NCBI GenBank assembly: GCA_965224245.1
Contig: OZ245046.1
Span: 3,424,001-3,488,000, forward strand
Origin: Candidatus Eiseniibacteriota bacterium
GTDB lineage: Bacteria > Eisenbacteria > RBG-16-71-46 > CAZAMP01
Reading direction: 5' to 3'
Length of the DNA stretch: 64,000 bases
Shown here in pieces: positions 1-9,884 of this stretch (position 1 is its first letter; each line of letters opens with the position of its first letter). The position numbers and the translations under genes are program-made. Under the pieces are notes generated by a model. It was not told where the DNA came from. It saw only the letters and a list, made by a program, of their open reading frames with translations, and ran no database searches.

Positions 1-1
1 C

Positions 2-349
2 GGCGTCTACGGTCTTCTGGACGACGCCTACCTCGCACAGACCTTTCTGTGGGGCATCTCGACGCTGCACGCCGAGGAAACCGGCATCCCGCTCCTGGGA
101 ACCTACCTCGCGGGCGCGAACGCCATGGTGCGCGCCTTCATCGGCAACGCGGTGGCGACCCAGCTCGACGAGGTGGTCATTCACGACCTCGAGGAGGCGG
201 ACGTCAAGGCGCGCCTTGCCGAGCTCGTGCGCCATCCGCGCACGATGCACGCGGACGCCGGTGGGGAGCGTGGCTCCTGGGGTGACACGTGGGAGAGCGA
301 GATGACGCGCTCCGCCCGCGAGCTGGGCGTGTCGCTCGACTTCGAGTGA
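2..349 (+). CDS. Hypothetical protein, 5'-truncated (possible YkvA/DUF1232-like)
   Basis: Frame open from window edge: GVYGLLDDAYLAQTFLWG...LGVSLDFE*; GLLDDAY resembles the DUF1232 motif. Confidence 0.55.
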   Translation, partial: GVYGLLDDAYLAQTFLWGISTLHAEETGIPLLGTYLAGANAMVRAFIGNAVATQLDEVVIHDLEEADVKARLAELVRHPRTMHADAGGERGSWGDTWESEMTRSARELGVSLDFE

Positions 350-353
350 CGGG

Positions 354-2114
354 TCAGCGCACGCGAACGAGCTTGCCCGTTCCGTCACGCACACGTCCGT
401 CGTCATCCGGCGGACCGGACACGCGATACGTGTACGAGCCGGCGGGCACCGGGCGGCCGTCGTCGGATCGGCCGTCCCAGCGGACCCCGGCGCCGGCGCC
501 GGCCCCGGCGTTCCCGACGAGCGTTCTCACGAGCCGGCCCGCCGCGTCGTAGATCCGCACGCGCGTCGGACCGGGCGTGGCGCCGAGCAGCGGGATGGTC
601 GTCGCGCCGCGGGTCGGATTCGGGACAGGTCCCATGATCCCCGAGCCGCTCGAGGATCCCGGCTCGGCCCCGATGATCGTGCACGTCGTCGCGTCCACGT
701 ACGCGAGGTCGTTCGTGACGGGCACGCCCGCGTCCGCGAGCACGGCCGTGGTGGCGTTCAGGTAGATCCGGAAGATGCTCGAGGGATCGTCCGGGTCCTG
801 CATCGGGTAGTCCGTGTATCCATTGTCCACGATCGCGGGCACCAGGATGTGGGCGGTGGCCCAGAGATCCAGCGCCACCGGATCCAGACCGGCCACGAGC
901 CGATCGAGCCGCGTCGCCTCCTCGTAGCTGCACCACGGCCCCCCCGACGGGTGGGCCAGCACGTAGATGGCATCGACGAGATTCAGATCGGGCCGGCGCA
1001 CGTCCGCCAGGAAACGCCCGAGGCCCCCGTAACGGACCGCCGCGTGTGTGTTCGTCGAGAGCTGCGTGGTCATCGTGCCCACGTGGTGCTTGACGCTGGC
1101 CGTGACGCCGTACACCGCACCGTGGCACTTCAGCACCGGTACGTTCAGAAACGTGAATGCGTCGTCCGAGTAGGTCTGGCTCCCCGGGTCGAAGACCCCG
1201 TGCTTCAGGCTGACGTAACGTCCCTGGGCCGTGCGGAACTTGGGATACGAGACACGAATCCGCGCGATCGCGTCGTACTCGCCCACCACGTAGCCGTCGG
1301 TGAGATCGCCGTCGGTGTACTCTGCGACCGAGGTGGAGCGGATCGCATCCCACAAGTACGTCGATACCGGCCAGCCGGCGTCGGCGAAGTCCGTGACGAC
1401 GTCCAGGGCCGACTGCGAGTGGTCCTCGGCGTTGCTCTCGGCCCAGTCGAACGTGCCCCGCCCCTGTGTGTTCTCCACCACGACGACCTCACCCGTGAAG
1501 CCGTCGGGGTGCTCGACGATGCGTGCGATCAGACCGCGAAGGACGTCGGTGTTGGTGCCGCCCCGCTCGGGCCATTGCTGGTTGATCTTGATCAGCACGA
1601 CGTCGTCGTACCCGACGATGCCCTCCGGAGCGCTCTCCGGCGCCCCCGAGCCCGATCGATAGAACGAGAGCCCACCGGCGTGCATGCAGGAGATCAGCTC
1701 GTCCACGCCCAGATGATGATCGCCCGCGGGCCCGCCGGCGTTCTCGATCGCGAACACCGACGCGCGATAGTCGGCGAACCGCGAGGACGTGTCGATCGCG
1801 GCGCGGGCCGAGACGCCCGGGCGAGACCCCTCGGGCGGGCCCGCGGACAGCACCAGCGCGAGGACGAGCGCACCCGCGGGGAGAAGGCGCGCCGCGCGCG
1901 AGCGTTCACCGGCGAGGGGATGCGCCCGGTCGATCGCGTGGAGCAGGGGGAGCCCGAGCACCAGCGTCGAGCTCGCGAGCGCCGCCCGCTGGCACGGATA
2001 GGCCAGACGCGACGGCTTCCGTCCCGAGCGCAGAAGAAGCCAGACGAGCGCACCGATCGCGAGGACGGTCGGATGACCGAGTAGTCGGCGGCATGAACGG
2101 ACGGCCCAGCGCAT
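354..2114 (-). CDS. DUF362-domain protein with C-terminal FlgD-Ig/T9SS-like domain
   Basis: VLIKIN...TNTDVL, NVPVLKCHG...GVTASVKHHVG, LVAGLDPVALD motifs; C-terminal PNP..IYDAAGRLVRTL..WDGR..GSY; GGAGGAG RBS before ATG 2114. Confidence 0.8.
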   Translation of the reverse strand: MRWAVRSCRRLLGHPTVLAIGALVWLLLRSGRKPSRLAYPCQRAALASSTLVLGLPLLHAIDRAHPLAGERSRAARLLPAGALVLALVLSAGPPEGSRPGVSARAAIDTSSRFADYRASVFAIENAGGPAGDHHLGVDELISCMHAGGLSFYRSGSGAPESAPEGIVGYDDVVLIKINQQWPERGGTNTDVLRGLIARIVEHPDGFTGEVVVVENTQGRGTFDWAESNAEDHSQSALDVVTDFADAGWPVSTYLWDAIRSTSVAEYTDGDLTDGYVVGEYDAIARIRVSYPKFRTAQGRYVSLKHGVFDPGSQTYSDDAFTFLNVPVLKCHGAVYGVTASVKHHVGTMTTQLSTNTHAAVRYGGLGRFLADVRRPDLNLVDAIYVLAHPSGGPWCSYEEATRLDRLVAGLDPVALDLWATAHILVPAIVDNGYTDYPMQDPDDPSSIFRIYLNATTAVLADAGVPVTNDLAYVDATTCTIIGAEPGSSSGSGIMGPVPNPTRGATTIPLLGATPGPTRVRIYDAAGRLVRTLVGNAGAGAGAGVRWDGRSDDGRPVPAGSYTYRVSGPPDDDGRVRDGTGKLVRVR

Positions 2115-2233
2115 GATGGCTCCTCCCGCGACGTCGGTGAAGATCGAGGTGCGAGGACCGCCGGGATCCCCGCGAGCGGCGAGCGCCGCACGGCCTGCCA
2201 GGAGCCCAGAGCACAGCACGATCCGGTGGGAAG

Positions 2234-2257
2234 CCGCCATGATGCAATTGCATCATG
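2234..2257 (-). promoter_or_regulatory. Palindromic operator-like site CATGATGCAATTGCATCATG (2238-2257) plus GCGG tail
   Basis: Perfect 20-bp AT-rich palindrome in intergenic DNA; related copies at 2712-2735 and 25631-25654. Confidence 0.65.
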
Positions 2258-2335
2258 CCGGTACGCAGTCACGTCATGGCGGCCACGCGAGTCGGACCCG
2301 GGGAGAGACCGGGCGCCGAAGGGGCATCGGCCCGG

Positions 2336-2617
2336 TCACATCGTCATCAGTCCCTGGAGCTGGAACACACATGCGCCCCTGGTGCAGTTGAAGTCCGCCC
2401 GGATGTCCATGCCTTCACACCGGCCGGTGCCTTCGTGCACGACCGAGCCGGTCACCTCGAAGTCGACCGCCATCGACACGGTGGCTTGGTACCGCATCGG
2501 CGCGTGTCGATCCAGCGATGCCGGATCGTCATCGACCGGCGCGAGGGCATTGTCCTCGCAACCCACCGCGAACGCCACGCTCGCGATCGGCACGAGGAGC
2601 TTCGAGCAGAAGCTCAT
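2336..2617 (-). CDS. Small putative lipoprotein (93 aa)
   Basis: Signal peptide with lipobox-like AFAVG-C; GGGGG purine tract upstream of ATG. Confidence 0.6.
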   Translation of the reverse strand: MSFCSKLLVPIASVAFAVGCEDNALAPVDDDPASLDRHAPMRYQATVSMAVDFEVTGSVVHEGTGRCEGMDIRADFNCTRGACVFQLQGLMTM

Positions 2618-2711
2618 GACTCTACCCCCAGTCCTTTGGTGTGTGCGCGAGGCGGGCGCGGGCGCGGATCCTCGCGCGATCGTCGAGAACGATCGCGCTC
2701 CACCACCTCAC

Positions 2712-2735
2712 CCGCCATGATGCATGGACATCAAT
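2712..2735 (-). promoter_or_regulatory. Second copy of the TGATG..TGCAYCATGGCG motif
   Basis: 13-bp exact match (ccgccatgatgca) to 2234-2246, plus CATCA half-site. Confidence 0.5.
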
Positions 2736-2800
2736 TCGCGGTCGGTCACCGAGATGAACGCGTGATCGAGTCGGCACGGGGATCGACGAGTGACGTTCCG

Positions 2801-4285
2801 TCAGACGTTCGATGACGTGGGGGACTCTGCGGCGATCGACGGCGCGGACACCGGCCCGTATATCCGCTCCGCCGCCGCCACCGCACCCATCATCACGCCC
2901 CAGATCGCGTTGAAGCGATAGTGCGTGACGATCGAGCTGGCCAGCGACAGCACGAGTACGCCCACCATCGTTCCCGCCACGCTCATGGCGAGCAACTGGA
3001 CGTCCCGATGGGGATGTCGGGCCAGCACCCAGCACCGCCACAGCACGAGGACGAGGAAGCCCGTGAACAAGAGAAGACCGATGATGCCCGACTTCCACCA
3101 CAGCGTGAGGTAGCTGTTGTCGACGCGGAGGACCGTCGTGTTCTGGCCCCGGAGGATCGGGATGTCCTCCTCGTCGCCGATCCCCCATCCGACGAACGGA
3201 TGAACGGCGACCTTCTCCTTCCAGACGTAGGCGAAGGAGACGAGGCGAATCACGATCGCGGCGGATCCGGCCGCGTCCGTGGCCTCGGCCGCGCGCTCGG
3301 CGACGCCCTGGGACACGTCCGCCGCGCCACGTCCCCCGCCGATCGTGCCCAGCAGTCCCCACCCGACGACCCCCGACAGGATCAGGGTCAGCACCCCGCC
3401 CACCAAACGCGAGCGCCGAACGTGCACGGCGCGAAGCGCCACCACGCCCGCCGCGATGATCGAGACCGGGAGCGCGACGAACAGGGCCCGTTGCTGCGAG
3501 AGGAGCGTCACCAACACGCACGGAACGAAGCCAATCAGCCACCACCACGCGCTGCCGCGGCGCGCGACCAGGAACGCAGCGAGCAGAAACGGGGCGATCG
3601 CCACGACCAGGTTCGCCTGTCGGGTCACGATGCGACCGAACGTCACGTCCCACGTGATTCCACCGACTGCGGCCAGGACGTACTCGACGAACACCAGCCC
3701 CACCCCCGCGAACATCGCGACGAGCACCCACAGGAGGTCTCCCGGGGTGCGGAGGGCGTCGGCCGCGATCGGGTAGGTCACGTAGAGCGCCAGCAGCATG
3801 GCCTCGGTCCTGAGGGCGCCGGGCTCGTGGCCGAGCCAGACGCCGCGCAGGACCGACACGAACATCCAGGCCGTGACGAGTCCCCACGCCCAGGGGAGCG
3901 ACCGCGCACCACCGCTGAGGCGTCCGCGATCGAGTGCGTCCTTGAGCACGTGAAACGCCGCCACCCCGATGAGCCCGTACGCCATCAACGGATGGTAGGC
4001 GAGGGGTACGAACTCGAACCGGAGGCGCTCGAGCTGTGTCGCCATCAACAGCACGATCATCAGTGACAGCGTGCGGGCCGCCGAGCGGCACACGACCGGA
4101 GCCACGACGGCGAGCAGCGCCGCGATCACCACCAGGAGCGGGTCCAGACGCGACATCCCGTAGATGGCGGCGGCCGCCGCGGCGGCGTACGCGGCGGGCA
4201 CCCATCGCCGGGCATGTCGCACGACCGCGTCCAGCGTGGTGCGAAGTCCGCGGTCGACCCACGTGGTGACGGCCTGCGGGGTCAT
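2801..4285 (-). CDS. O-antigen ligase/polymerase family (Wzy_C) membrane protein
   Basis: About 12 hydrophobic segments; LSQQRA, R..SF..VW, HPFVGWGIG, VDNSYLTLWWKSGIIG; ATGA overlap with upstream gene. Confidence 0.8.
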   Translation of the reverse strand: MTPQAVTTWVDRGLRTTLDAVVRHARRWVPAAYAAAAAAAIYGMSRLDPLLVVIAALLAVVAPVVCRSAARTLSLMIVLLMATQLERLRFEFVPLAYHPLMAYGLIGVAAFHVLKDALDRGRLSGGARSLPWAWGLVTAWMFVSVLRGVWLGHEPGALRTEAMLLALYVTYPIAADALRTPGDLLWVLVAMFAGVGLVFVEYVLAAVGGITWDVTFGRIVTRQANLVVAIAPFLLAAFLVARRGSAWWWLIGFVPCVLVTLLSQQRALFVALPVSIIAAGVVALRAVHVRRSRLVGGVLTLILSGVVGWGLLGTIGGGRGAADVSQGVAERAAEATDAAGSAAIVIRLVSFAYVWKEKVAVHPFVGWGIGDEEDIPILRGQNTTVLRVDNSYLTLWWKSGIIGLLLFTGFLVLVLWRCWVLARHPHRDVQLLAMSVAGTMVGVLVLSLASSIVTHYRFNAIWGVMMGAVAAAERIYGPVSAPSIAAESPTSSNV

Positions 4286-5412
4286 GACGGGCGATCGCGC
4301 GTGCGCGAGGGGGACAACGTGGCGGCCACGGCGAGAATCCCGCCGCCGTCCCGCTCGAAGAACGCGAGCGTACGGGCGATCGCGACCGCGAAGACGACCG
4401 CGATCGCGAACGCGCACAGAACGACCTGCGTACGGCGGGGAAGCGCGCGACGCTCCGGAACGGCCGCGGCGTCCACGATCTGAAGCGGACGCGACCGTCC
4501 CGCTTCGGCGAGCACGGCGTCGGCCCGCCGGGTCGTCAGATACTCGTGGAGCGCGCGCGCGACCACGACCCCCCGGTACATCCGTTCGCTCTCGGCGACC
4601 GGCTCGGGCTGGCTCGACAGCACGGCGTCGATCGCGGCCAGCTGGCTTCGCCGACGCCGGATGGGATCGGAGTCGGGCGCGAGCGTCCGCGCCATCGCCT
4701 CGAGCTCGACCTCGAGCTCGAGCCTGATGGCCGAGAGCGCGGTCCACGCGTCTCCGGTCGACCGCGGCGTGCCCGGAAGACCGCTTGCGGCCTGAAGGGT
4801 CGCCCAGTCGGCCTCGACGTGGTCGAGCACCTCCCCGACCGCCACCAGCCGCGCGTCGAGAAACTCGCGCTGCCGGCGCGCCCGGTCGGCCGCGACCTCG
4901 GTCAGGAACGCGTCCAGCTCGTTCACCATGCCATTCACGATCGACGCCGCCAGCTCGGGGTCCCGGTCACGGAGCCGGATCCGGACGAGATCGTCGTACG
5001 GGTTCACATCGCTCTGAAGGCGATCGAGGAGCGTCAGGTACGCGCCGTCCGCGTTGTCGGCGCGGTAGTGAGATACGAGCCCGTGCTCGACGATGATCGG
5101 ATCCACGATGCGCCGCGATCGCAGCAGGCTGGAGACGAGATCCGGCGTCAGTGGCCCCGGCAGCGTCGGCTCGGCGGCGAGCGCGCCCGGCACCAGCGCG
5201 GCGAGGCCGCGGGCGCCGGACACCGCGGCGCCGTCGGACGGGCGAACGAGCGCCCGCGCGACGTACTGCGGCGTGGCGAGGAGCGCGTACGCGAGGCCGG
5301 CCACCGTGACCAGGACGACGTGGGTGAGCGCCGGCCGCCAGTGGCGAAGAAGGGTGTGCAGCTCCGCCCTGGCCCGCGAACGCAGGTCGGTCAGGTCGGT
5401 GGTCGGCGACAT
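4282..5412 (-). CDS. Polysaccharide chain-length determinant (Wzz/GumC family)
   Basis: N-terminal TM followed by TPQYVARA, DRDPELAASIVN, coiled coil, IVDAAAVPERRALPRR and a C-terminal TM. Confidence 0.8.
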   Translation of the reverse strand: MSPTTDLTDLRSRARAELHTLLRHWRPALTHVVLVTVAGLAYALLATPQYVARALVRPSDGAAVSGARGLAALVPGALAAEPTLPGPLTPDLVSSLLRSRRIVDPIIVEHGLVSHYRADNADGAYLTLLDRLQSDVNPYDDLVRIRLRDRDPELAASIVNGMVNELDAFLTEVAADRARRQREFLDARLVAVGEVLDHVEADWATLQAASGLPGTPRSTGDAWTALSAIRLELEVELEAMARTLAPDSDPIRRRRSQLAAIDAVLSSQPEPVAESERMYRGVVVARALHEYLTTRRADAVLAEAGRSRPLQIVDAAAVPERRALPRRTQVVLCAFAIAVVFAVAIARTLAFFERDGGGILAVAATLSPSRTRDRPS

Positions 5413-5574
5413 CGCGATCCTCGGTATCGGCCAGCTCTCCGGGACTCGGTCGCCGGAGTCTATCGAGCCCGGCTCGGGGCCGGAACCGCGAAGTCGACCG
5501 GTGATCGTGGACGCCGCGGTGACGGGAGCGTGGCGTCGGCGACCCGGTCGACCCGTGATCGCCGGGACGTGCCG

Positions 5575-5643
5575 GCCGTCCCGGCCGCTGCCGTCCCGGC
5601 CGCTGCCGTCCCGGCCGCTGCCGTCCCGGCCGCTGCCGTCCCG
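5575..5643. repeat. 15-bp tandem repeat (GCCGTCCCGGCCGCT x4.6)
   Basis: Four perfect units plus a 9-bp partial unit, read directly. Confidence 0.95.
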
Positions 5644-5659
5644 TACTCGGAGGCGACCG

Positions 5660-7960
5660 TCACCGGGTGAGGATCATCTTCCGCTGGCTGGTGACCTGCC
5701 CGGCGCGCAGCCGTCCGAAGTACACGCCCGGCGAGGCCCGTCGGCCATCCGCGTCACGACCGTCCCAGGTGACCCGGTGGGCGCCCGCCTCGGTGAAGCC
5801 GTCGACCAGCACCGCCACGAGCCGCCCCGCGCTGTCGTAGATCCGAAGCGACGCGTCGCCCGCCTCGGCCACCTCGAACGAGATCACGGTGGCCGGGTTG
5901 GCGGGGTTCGGACGGTTGCCGAGCAGGTGCGGTCCGCCCCCCGCGCTCACGTCGCCGACCGCGACCGTGGTCGTGATCGTGAAGTCGTCATCGGAGATGT
6001 CGAAGAACACGTTGTCGGCCGCGGCCACCATCACGCGCGCATCGGGCGTGTCGATGTCGGGCAACGTCACGAGCTCCGAGCCGTCGTTGGCTGTCCCGGC
6101 CAGGAGGGTCGTAGGATACGTGTAGCCGCCGTCGGTCGAGAGTCGGATGTCGACGCTCTGGCAGTTCACGGTGGCGTTGTCGGTGCCCGCCACGTCCCAG
6201 GTGATCTCGTGGGGCACCGTCGAGCTCAGCGTCTCGCCGCCGTTCGGGGCGCTCACGAGGAACGGACCGGCGGTGTCGTCGACGTCGAAGCTCATCAGGT
6301 CGAAGTCGCTGCCACCGCCGTCGGCGCGGTTGTCGCGCGCGACGAGTCGGAACCGGAGACCGCGCGCGTAGCTGGGGAGGATCTCGCCACGCGTCTGGGT
6401 GCCGTTCACGATGTCCGACCAGGCCGGGAACGTGCGCGACGGGCTCGTCACGGGCAGGAACGAGCGGAAGATCGGCGCGTTGTCCATCGGGAAGTCCGGA
6501 TGCCCGCCGGGGCCCAGGTCGAACTCCTCCCAGCAGTAGGTCAGCTCGTCACCGTCGGGATCGGTCGCGCTGCCGGTGAGCGTGAACGGGGTCGAGATCG
6601 GGATGGCGTCGAACGGGATCGGCGGCGTGGCGTCGGGCACGGGCGCGTTGTTGCCGGTGCTCGTGACCGCGGCGCACGAGCTGAAGTTCGTGGTGTAGAT
6701 GATGATGAGATCCAGGCTGCGCGCGTTGAAGTAGTCGTCGCTGTACGTCTGGATGTTGTGGCTCCCGCAGAGTCCCGCGTAGGCCATGATCGTCGAGCCG
6801 CTTCCCGGCTCGTATGCGGTGATCGCGGTGCGGTTGCCACCGCCGCACGACCCGGCGGTTCCGTTGAAGCTGTGCGTCGCGTTGAACTGATGTCCGATCT
6901 CGTGCGCCACGTAGTCCACGTAGAACCGGTCGCCGACGGGGCTCGACAGACCGGTGACCCCGCGCGCCTTCTGGCCCCCGACACACACGACCCCCAGTGA
7001 CGCGATCCCGCCGCCGCCGGTGCTGAACACGTGACCGATGTCGTAGTTGGCCGCGCCGATCACCGAGTCCAGGTTGCTCTGGTTCTGGCTCAGCATCGCG
7101 AAGCCGTCATTGTTCGTGTACGGGTCGGTGGCCGGATTCGTGTAGACGATCAGGTTGTTGTTCGGAATCAGCTCCAGCCGCACCGCCACGTCCCGCTCGT
7201 AGATTCCGGTGACGCGATTGATGGCGACGATGATCGCGTTCATGCCGTCGGTGACGGTGCCCCCGTGGAACTGCGTGTACTCGCCGGTCGCCGCCACCGC
7301 GGTCCGGTACGTCCGGAGCTCGCTCCCGCTCGGAATGCGGCTCACCCCGTCCCGCGTGGCCTCGGCGGCCCGGATCTCGTCCTGCGTGGCGTCGAGGACA
7401 CACGACCAGGATGAGGTCACCCGGCGGGCATCCGCACGGTGGTACACGACGTAGTGGACGACGTCGCCGCGCTGGTAGGGATCGATGAACACCGTCCCCG
7501 CCGCCCGGAGGATCATCGCGTGAAAGCCGTGGGGCGTCATGTCGAGTCGCACCGTGGCCGTGCGATCGTCGATACCCTGGGCCACGTACGTGCGCATCTC
7601 CGGGAACTCCGCCGCGAGCTCGGGCGCCATGATCGGAGACTCGACCACATGGAACCTCGCCAGCGTCCCATCGGGCATCGGCAGCGACAGCTCGGCGGCC
7701 GCGGACCACGCGTCCGGCGACTCGAGCGGCGCCCGATCGAGCGCGTCGCGCAGCCGATCGACGTCGGCGGCCACGGTCACGTACGCGGCGGGCACGATCA
7801 GACGATCGCCGGTGGTCGTGATGGTCGCCTCGCTCACCGGGGACCAGATGTTCTCGGCGGTGGCCGGCGGGGCAGCGACGATCACCGACGCGACCAGGCA
7901 CGACAACCAGAGCTCGCGCGACTGTGCGCGGGGGCGGCGGCGGGACGGTCGATCGAACAC
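5660..7960 (-). CDS. Secreted reprolysin-like (M12B) zinc metallopeptidase with FlgD-Ig/T9SS-like CTD
   Basis: HEIGHQFNATH zinc motif, GSTIMAYAG Met-turn, signal peptide, CTD; GGAGG before GTG 7960. Confidence 0.9.
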   Translation of the reverse strand: MFDRPSRRRPRAQSRELWLSCLVASVIVAAPPATAENIWSPVSEATITTTGDRLIVPAAYVTVAADVDRLRDALDRAPLESPDAWSAAAELSLPMPDGTLARFHVVESPIMAPELAAEFPEMRTYVAQGIDDRTATVRLDMTPHGFHAMILRAAGTVFIDPYQRGDVVHYVVYHRADARRVTSSWSCVLDATQDEIRAAEATRDGVSRIPSGSELRTYRTAVAATGEYTQFHGGTVTDGMNAIIVAINRVTGIYERDVAVRLELIPNNNLIVYTNPATDPYTNNDGFAMLSQNQSNLDSVIGAANYDIGHVFSTGGGGIASLGVVCVGGQKARGVTGLSSPVGDRFYVDYVAHEIGHQFNATHSFNGTAGSCGGGNRTAITAYEPGSGSTIMAYAGLCGSHNIQTYSDDYFNARSLDLIIIYTTNFSSCAAVTSTGNNAPVPDATPPIPFDAIPISTPFTLTGSATDPDGDELTYCWEEFDLGPGGHPDFPMDNAPIFRSFLPVTSPSRTFPAWSDIVNGTQTRGEILPSYARGLRFRLVARDNRADGGGSDFDLMSFDVDDTAGPFLVSAPNGGETLSSTVPHEITWDVAGTDNATVNCQSVDIRLSTDGGYTYPTTLLAGTANDGSELVTLPDIDTPDARVMVAAADNVFFDISDDDFTITTTVAVGDVSAGGGPHLLGNRPNPANPATVISFEVAEAGDASLRIYDSAGRLVAVLVDGFTEAGAHRVTWDGRDADGRRASPGVYFGRLRAGQVTSQRKMILTR

Positions 7961-8084
7961 GATGGGACCTCCATGGCGCGGGGTCTCGAGACGCGACGGT
8001 TGGCCGGCGGGCGACCGGTGCGAGAACGCGAACCGCCTCGAGGACGTTCCTGCGAGATGCTCGGGGATGGTGGTCGGACAGGGA

Positions 8085-8093
8085 AGTGTATCA
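8085..8093 (-). promoter_or_regulatory. Putative extended -10 promoter (TGaTACACT) for the peptidase gene
   Basis: TGn-TAnnnT match in intergenic DNA. Confidence 0.4.
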
Positions 8094-8170
8094 CGCGATC
8101 GCATCCCGAGCCCGACCGAGCGCCGCGCGGTGCCGTGCGCCGCCTCGCGGGCCCGGCCGCCAGAACGCCG

Positions 8171-9787
8171 TCAGCGGGAAGGACCCCAGGCCGGCATCGC
8201 GCGCATCAGGAGATCGGCCCGCCGGCGCGCGTCGTCGGGAGGAACGCCCTGCCACTCCTCGATCCATCGGGTCAGGACGTCGAGGACCTGCGAGCGGGGG
8301 CGGAGCGCGCCGTGCTCGTCGGAGCAGAATCGGCAGTAGCGATCGGAGGAGCCCCGGTTCAGCTCGGCGCTGAGCGTGGCCGAGCAGGACTGGCAGTGCC
8401 GCGCGGGAGCGAGCGTCAGCCCCCCCGTACCGCGCGTCGGGACGACACCGGTGACGTCCGCCAGGACGTCCATCCAGGAGACCGGCAAGAGCCCGATCGC
8501 GCGTTCCATGGCCACGATCACCGGCGCCGTGGCGCCCGGCGCGTGGTCGGCGCGCGCCCGATCGACGAGCTCGCGGAACAGATGCCGGCAGAGGGCGCGG
8601 CGGAACCCGATCCTGGCAGAGGGGACGTCCTCGAGCCGCCATCCATCTTCCGCGCCGGATACGAGCGCGCCCGCATAGAGCCGTGCGGTGGCACCGGGCG
8701 CGCTTCCGGGGAGCGCCGGGAGATCCCGGATCAGGATTTCCCCGACCTCGGCCATCCGGTCGCCCGGGGGCCAGGTCACCACCAGCGGGCGTGCCGGCAG
8801 CTCGTCGGCGGCCTCCGGGATGAGGGCGGTCGCGACCCCCCGGGCCTTCAGCTCGGCATGGGTTCGGGACACGACCGCGCGCCGCGCGACGACCACCAGG
8901 CCGCCATCGGCGGCCTCGCGCGCGTCGAGGACGGTGGCGGCCAGGCCGACACCGCCATCGATCGCACCGCGGCGAATGCGATCCGACGGCACGCGGTGGT
9001 GGATCCGCAGGATGTCCTCCGCCGCATCGCCGGTGCCGACGACGATCGGGGCCGACGCGCCGGATCCCATCACCCCGTCCCAGTCTCGCGGGAGCTCCCC
9101 GGTCGTCCCCTCCACCGCCAGCGCCTCCAGAGGCGCGCGCCATCCCGGGATCGTCACGGCGGTCGACTCGCGGCGCTCGGTCACCACGTCCCCGGGCACG
9201 CCGACGACGAGATCCGGCGGCACGCCAGAGCCCGTCGGCTCGAACCACGCCGGGTCGCCATCGGTGAGCTCCCAGGCAACCGCCACGTCGGGTCGTGCCG
9301 ATTCCAGCGCCCGCCGCACCAGCTCGACCCCGAGGATCGCCGGGCCGTCGCCGGTCCCGCCCGGGTGGGACGGATGCACGCCGATCCGGATCCGGAGCGG
9401 ACCCGACGCGCGCCCGACCTCCCGGCCCTCCCGCCGGCGCCGTCCGCGGCGAGCCGGCGGCCCGGACACCAGCGTGTCCACGAACGCCGCCGTCTCCTCG
9501 TCCCAGTCGATGCCGACCCCACGGACCCACTCCGCGGGATCCTCGCCGGCGTAGGTCGCGATGGCGACGACGATGCGCGTCCACGAGCGCACGAGCCTCA
9601 GGTTGCGGCTCCCGGACAGCGCCGGCACGTCGCCGTCCACCAGGATCCGCTGAATCGTGTGCGTGGAGATGCCCAGGCGGCGCGCGAGCGTCCGCCGGGA
9701 CCCGAGGCGCTCGTCCTCGTGCCGCAGCACGGACCAGAGCGGCATGAACGCCGGCGGCAGCGACGCCGGCGGTCTGTTGGCTGCCAC
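8171..9787 (-). CDS. Putative transcription regulator: HTH + solute-binding-like domain + C-terminal zinc ribbon
   Basis: SRRTLARRLGISTHTIQRIL (HTH); CQSC...YCRFC...MPAW (Zn_ribbon_2-like); GGGGAGG RBS before GTG 9787. Confidence 0.65.
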   Translation of the reverse strand: MAANRPPASLPPAFMPLWSVLRHEDERLGSRRTLARRLGISTHTIQRILVDGDVPALSGSRNLRLVRSWTRIVVAIATYAGEDPAEWVRGVGIDWDEETAAFVDTLVSGPPARRGRRRREGREVGRASGPLRIRIGVHPSHPGGTGDGPAILGVELVRRALESARPDVAVAWELTDGDPAWFEPTGSGVPPDLVVGVPGDVVTERRESTAVTIPGWRAPLEALAVEGTTGELPRDWDGVMGSGASAPIVVGTGDAAEDILRIHHRVPSDRIRRGAIDGGVGLAATVLDAREAADGGLVVVARRAVVSRTHAELKARGVATALIPEAADELPARPLVVTWPPGDRMAEVGEILIRDLPALPGSAPGATARLYAGALVSGAEDGWRLEDVPSARIGFRRALCRHLFRELVDRARADHAPGATAPVIVAMERAIGLLPVSWMDVLADVTGVVPTRGTGGLTLAPARHCQSCSATLSAELNRGSSDRYCRFCSDEHGALRPRSQVLDVLTRWIEEWQGVPPDDARRRADLLMRAMPAWGPSR

Positions 9788-9884
9788 GTGCGATCCTCCC
9801 CCTGGCTCCCGCCGGTGACGGCGGGTGCAGACTAACACCGCGCCCCGCTCGATCTCACCGGTCCGCATCGACCTCACGGATCGG

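Noticed and set aside
5460-5663. (GTAAA)n peptide as a RiPP precursor
   Set aside because: No leader features or modifying enzymes nearby; perfect DNA identity points to slippage
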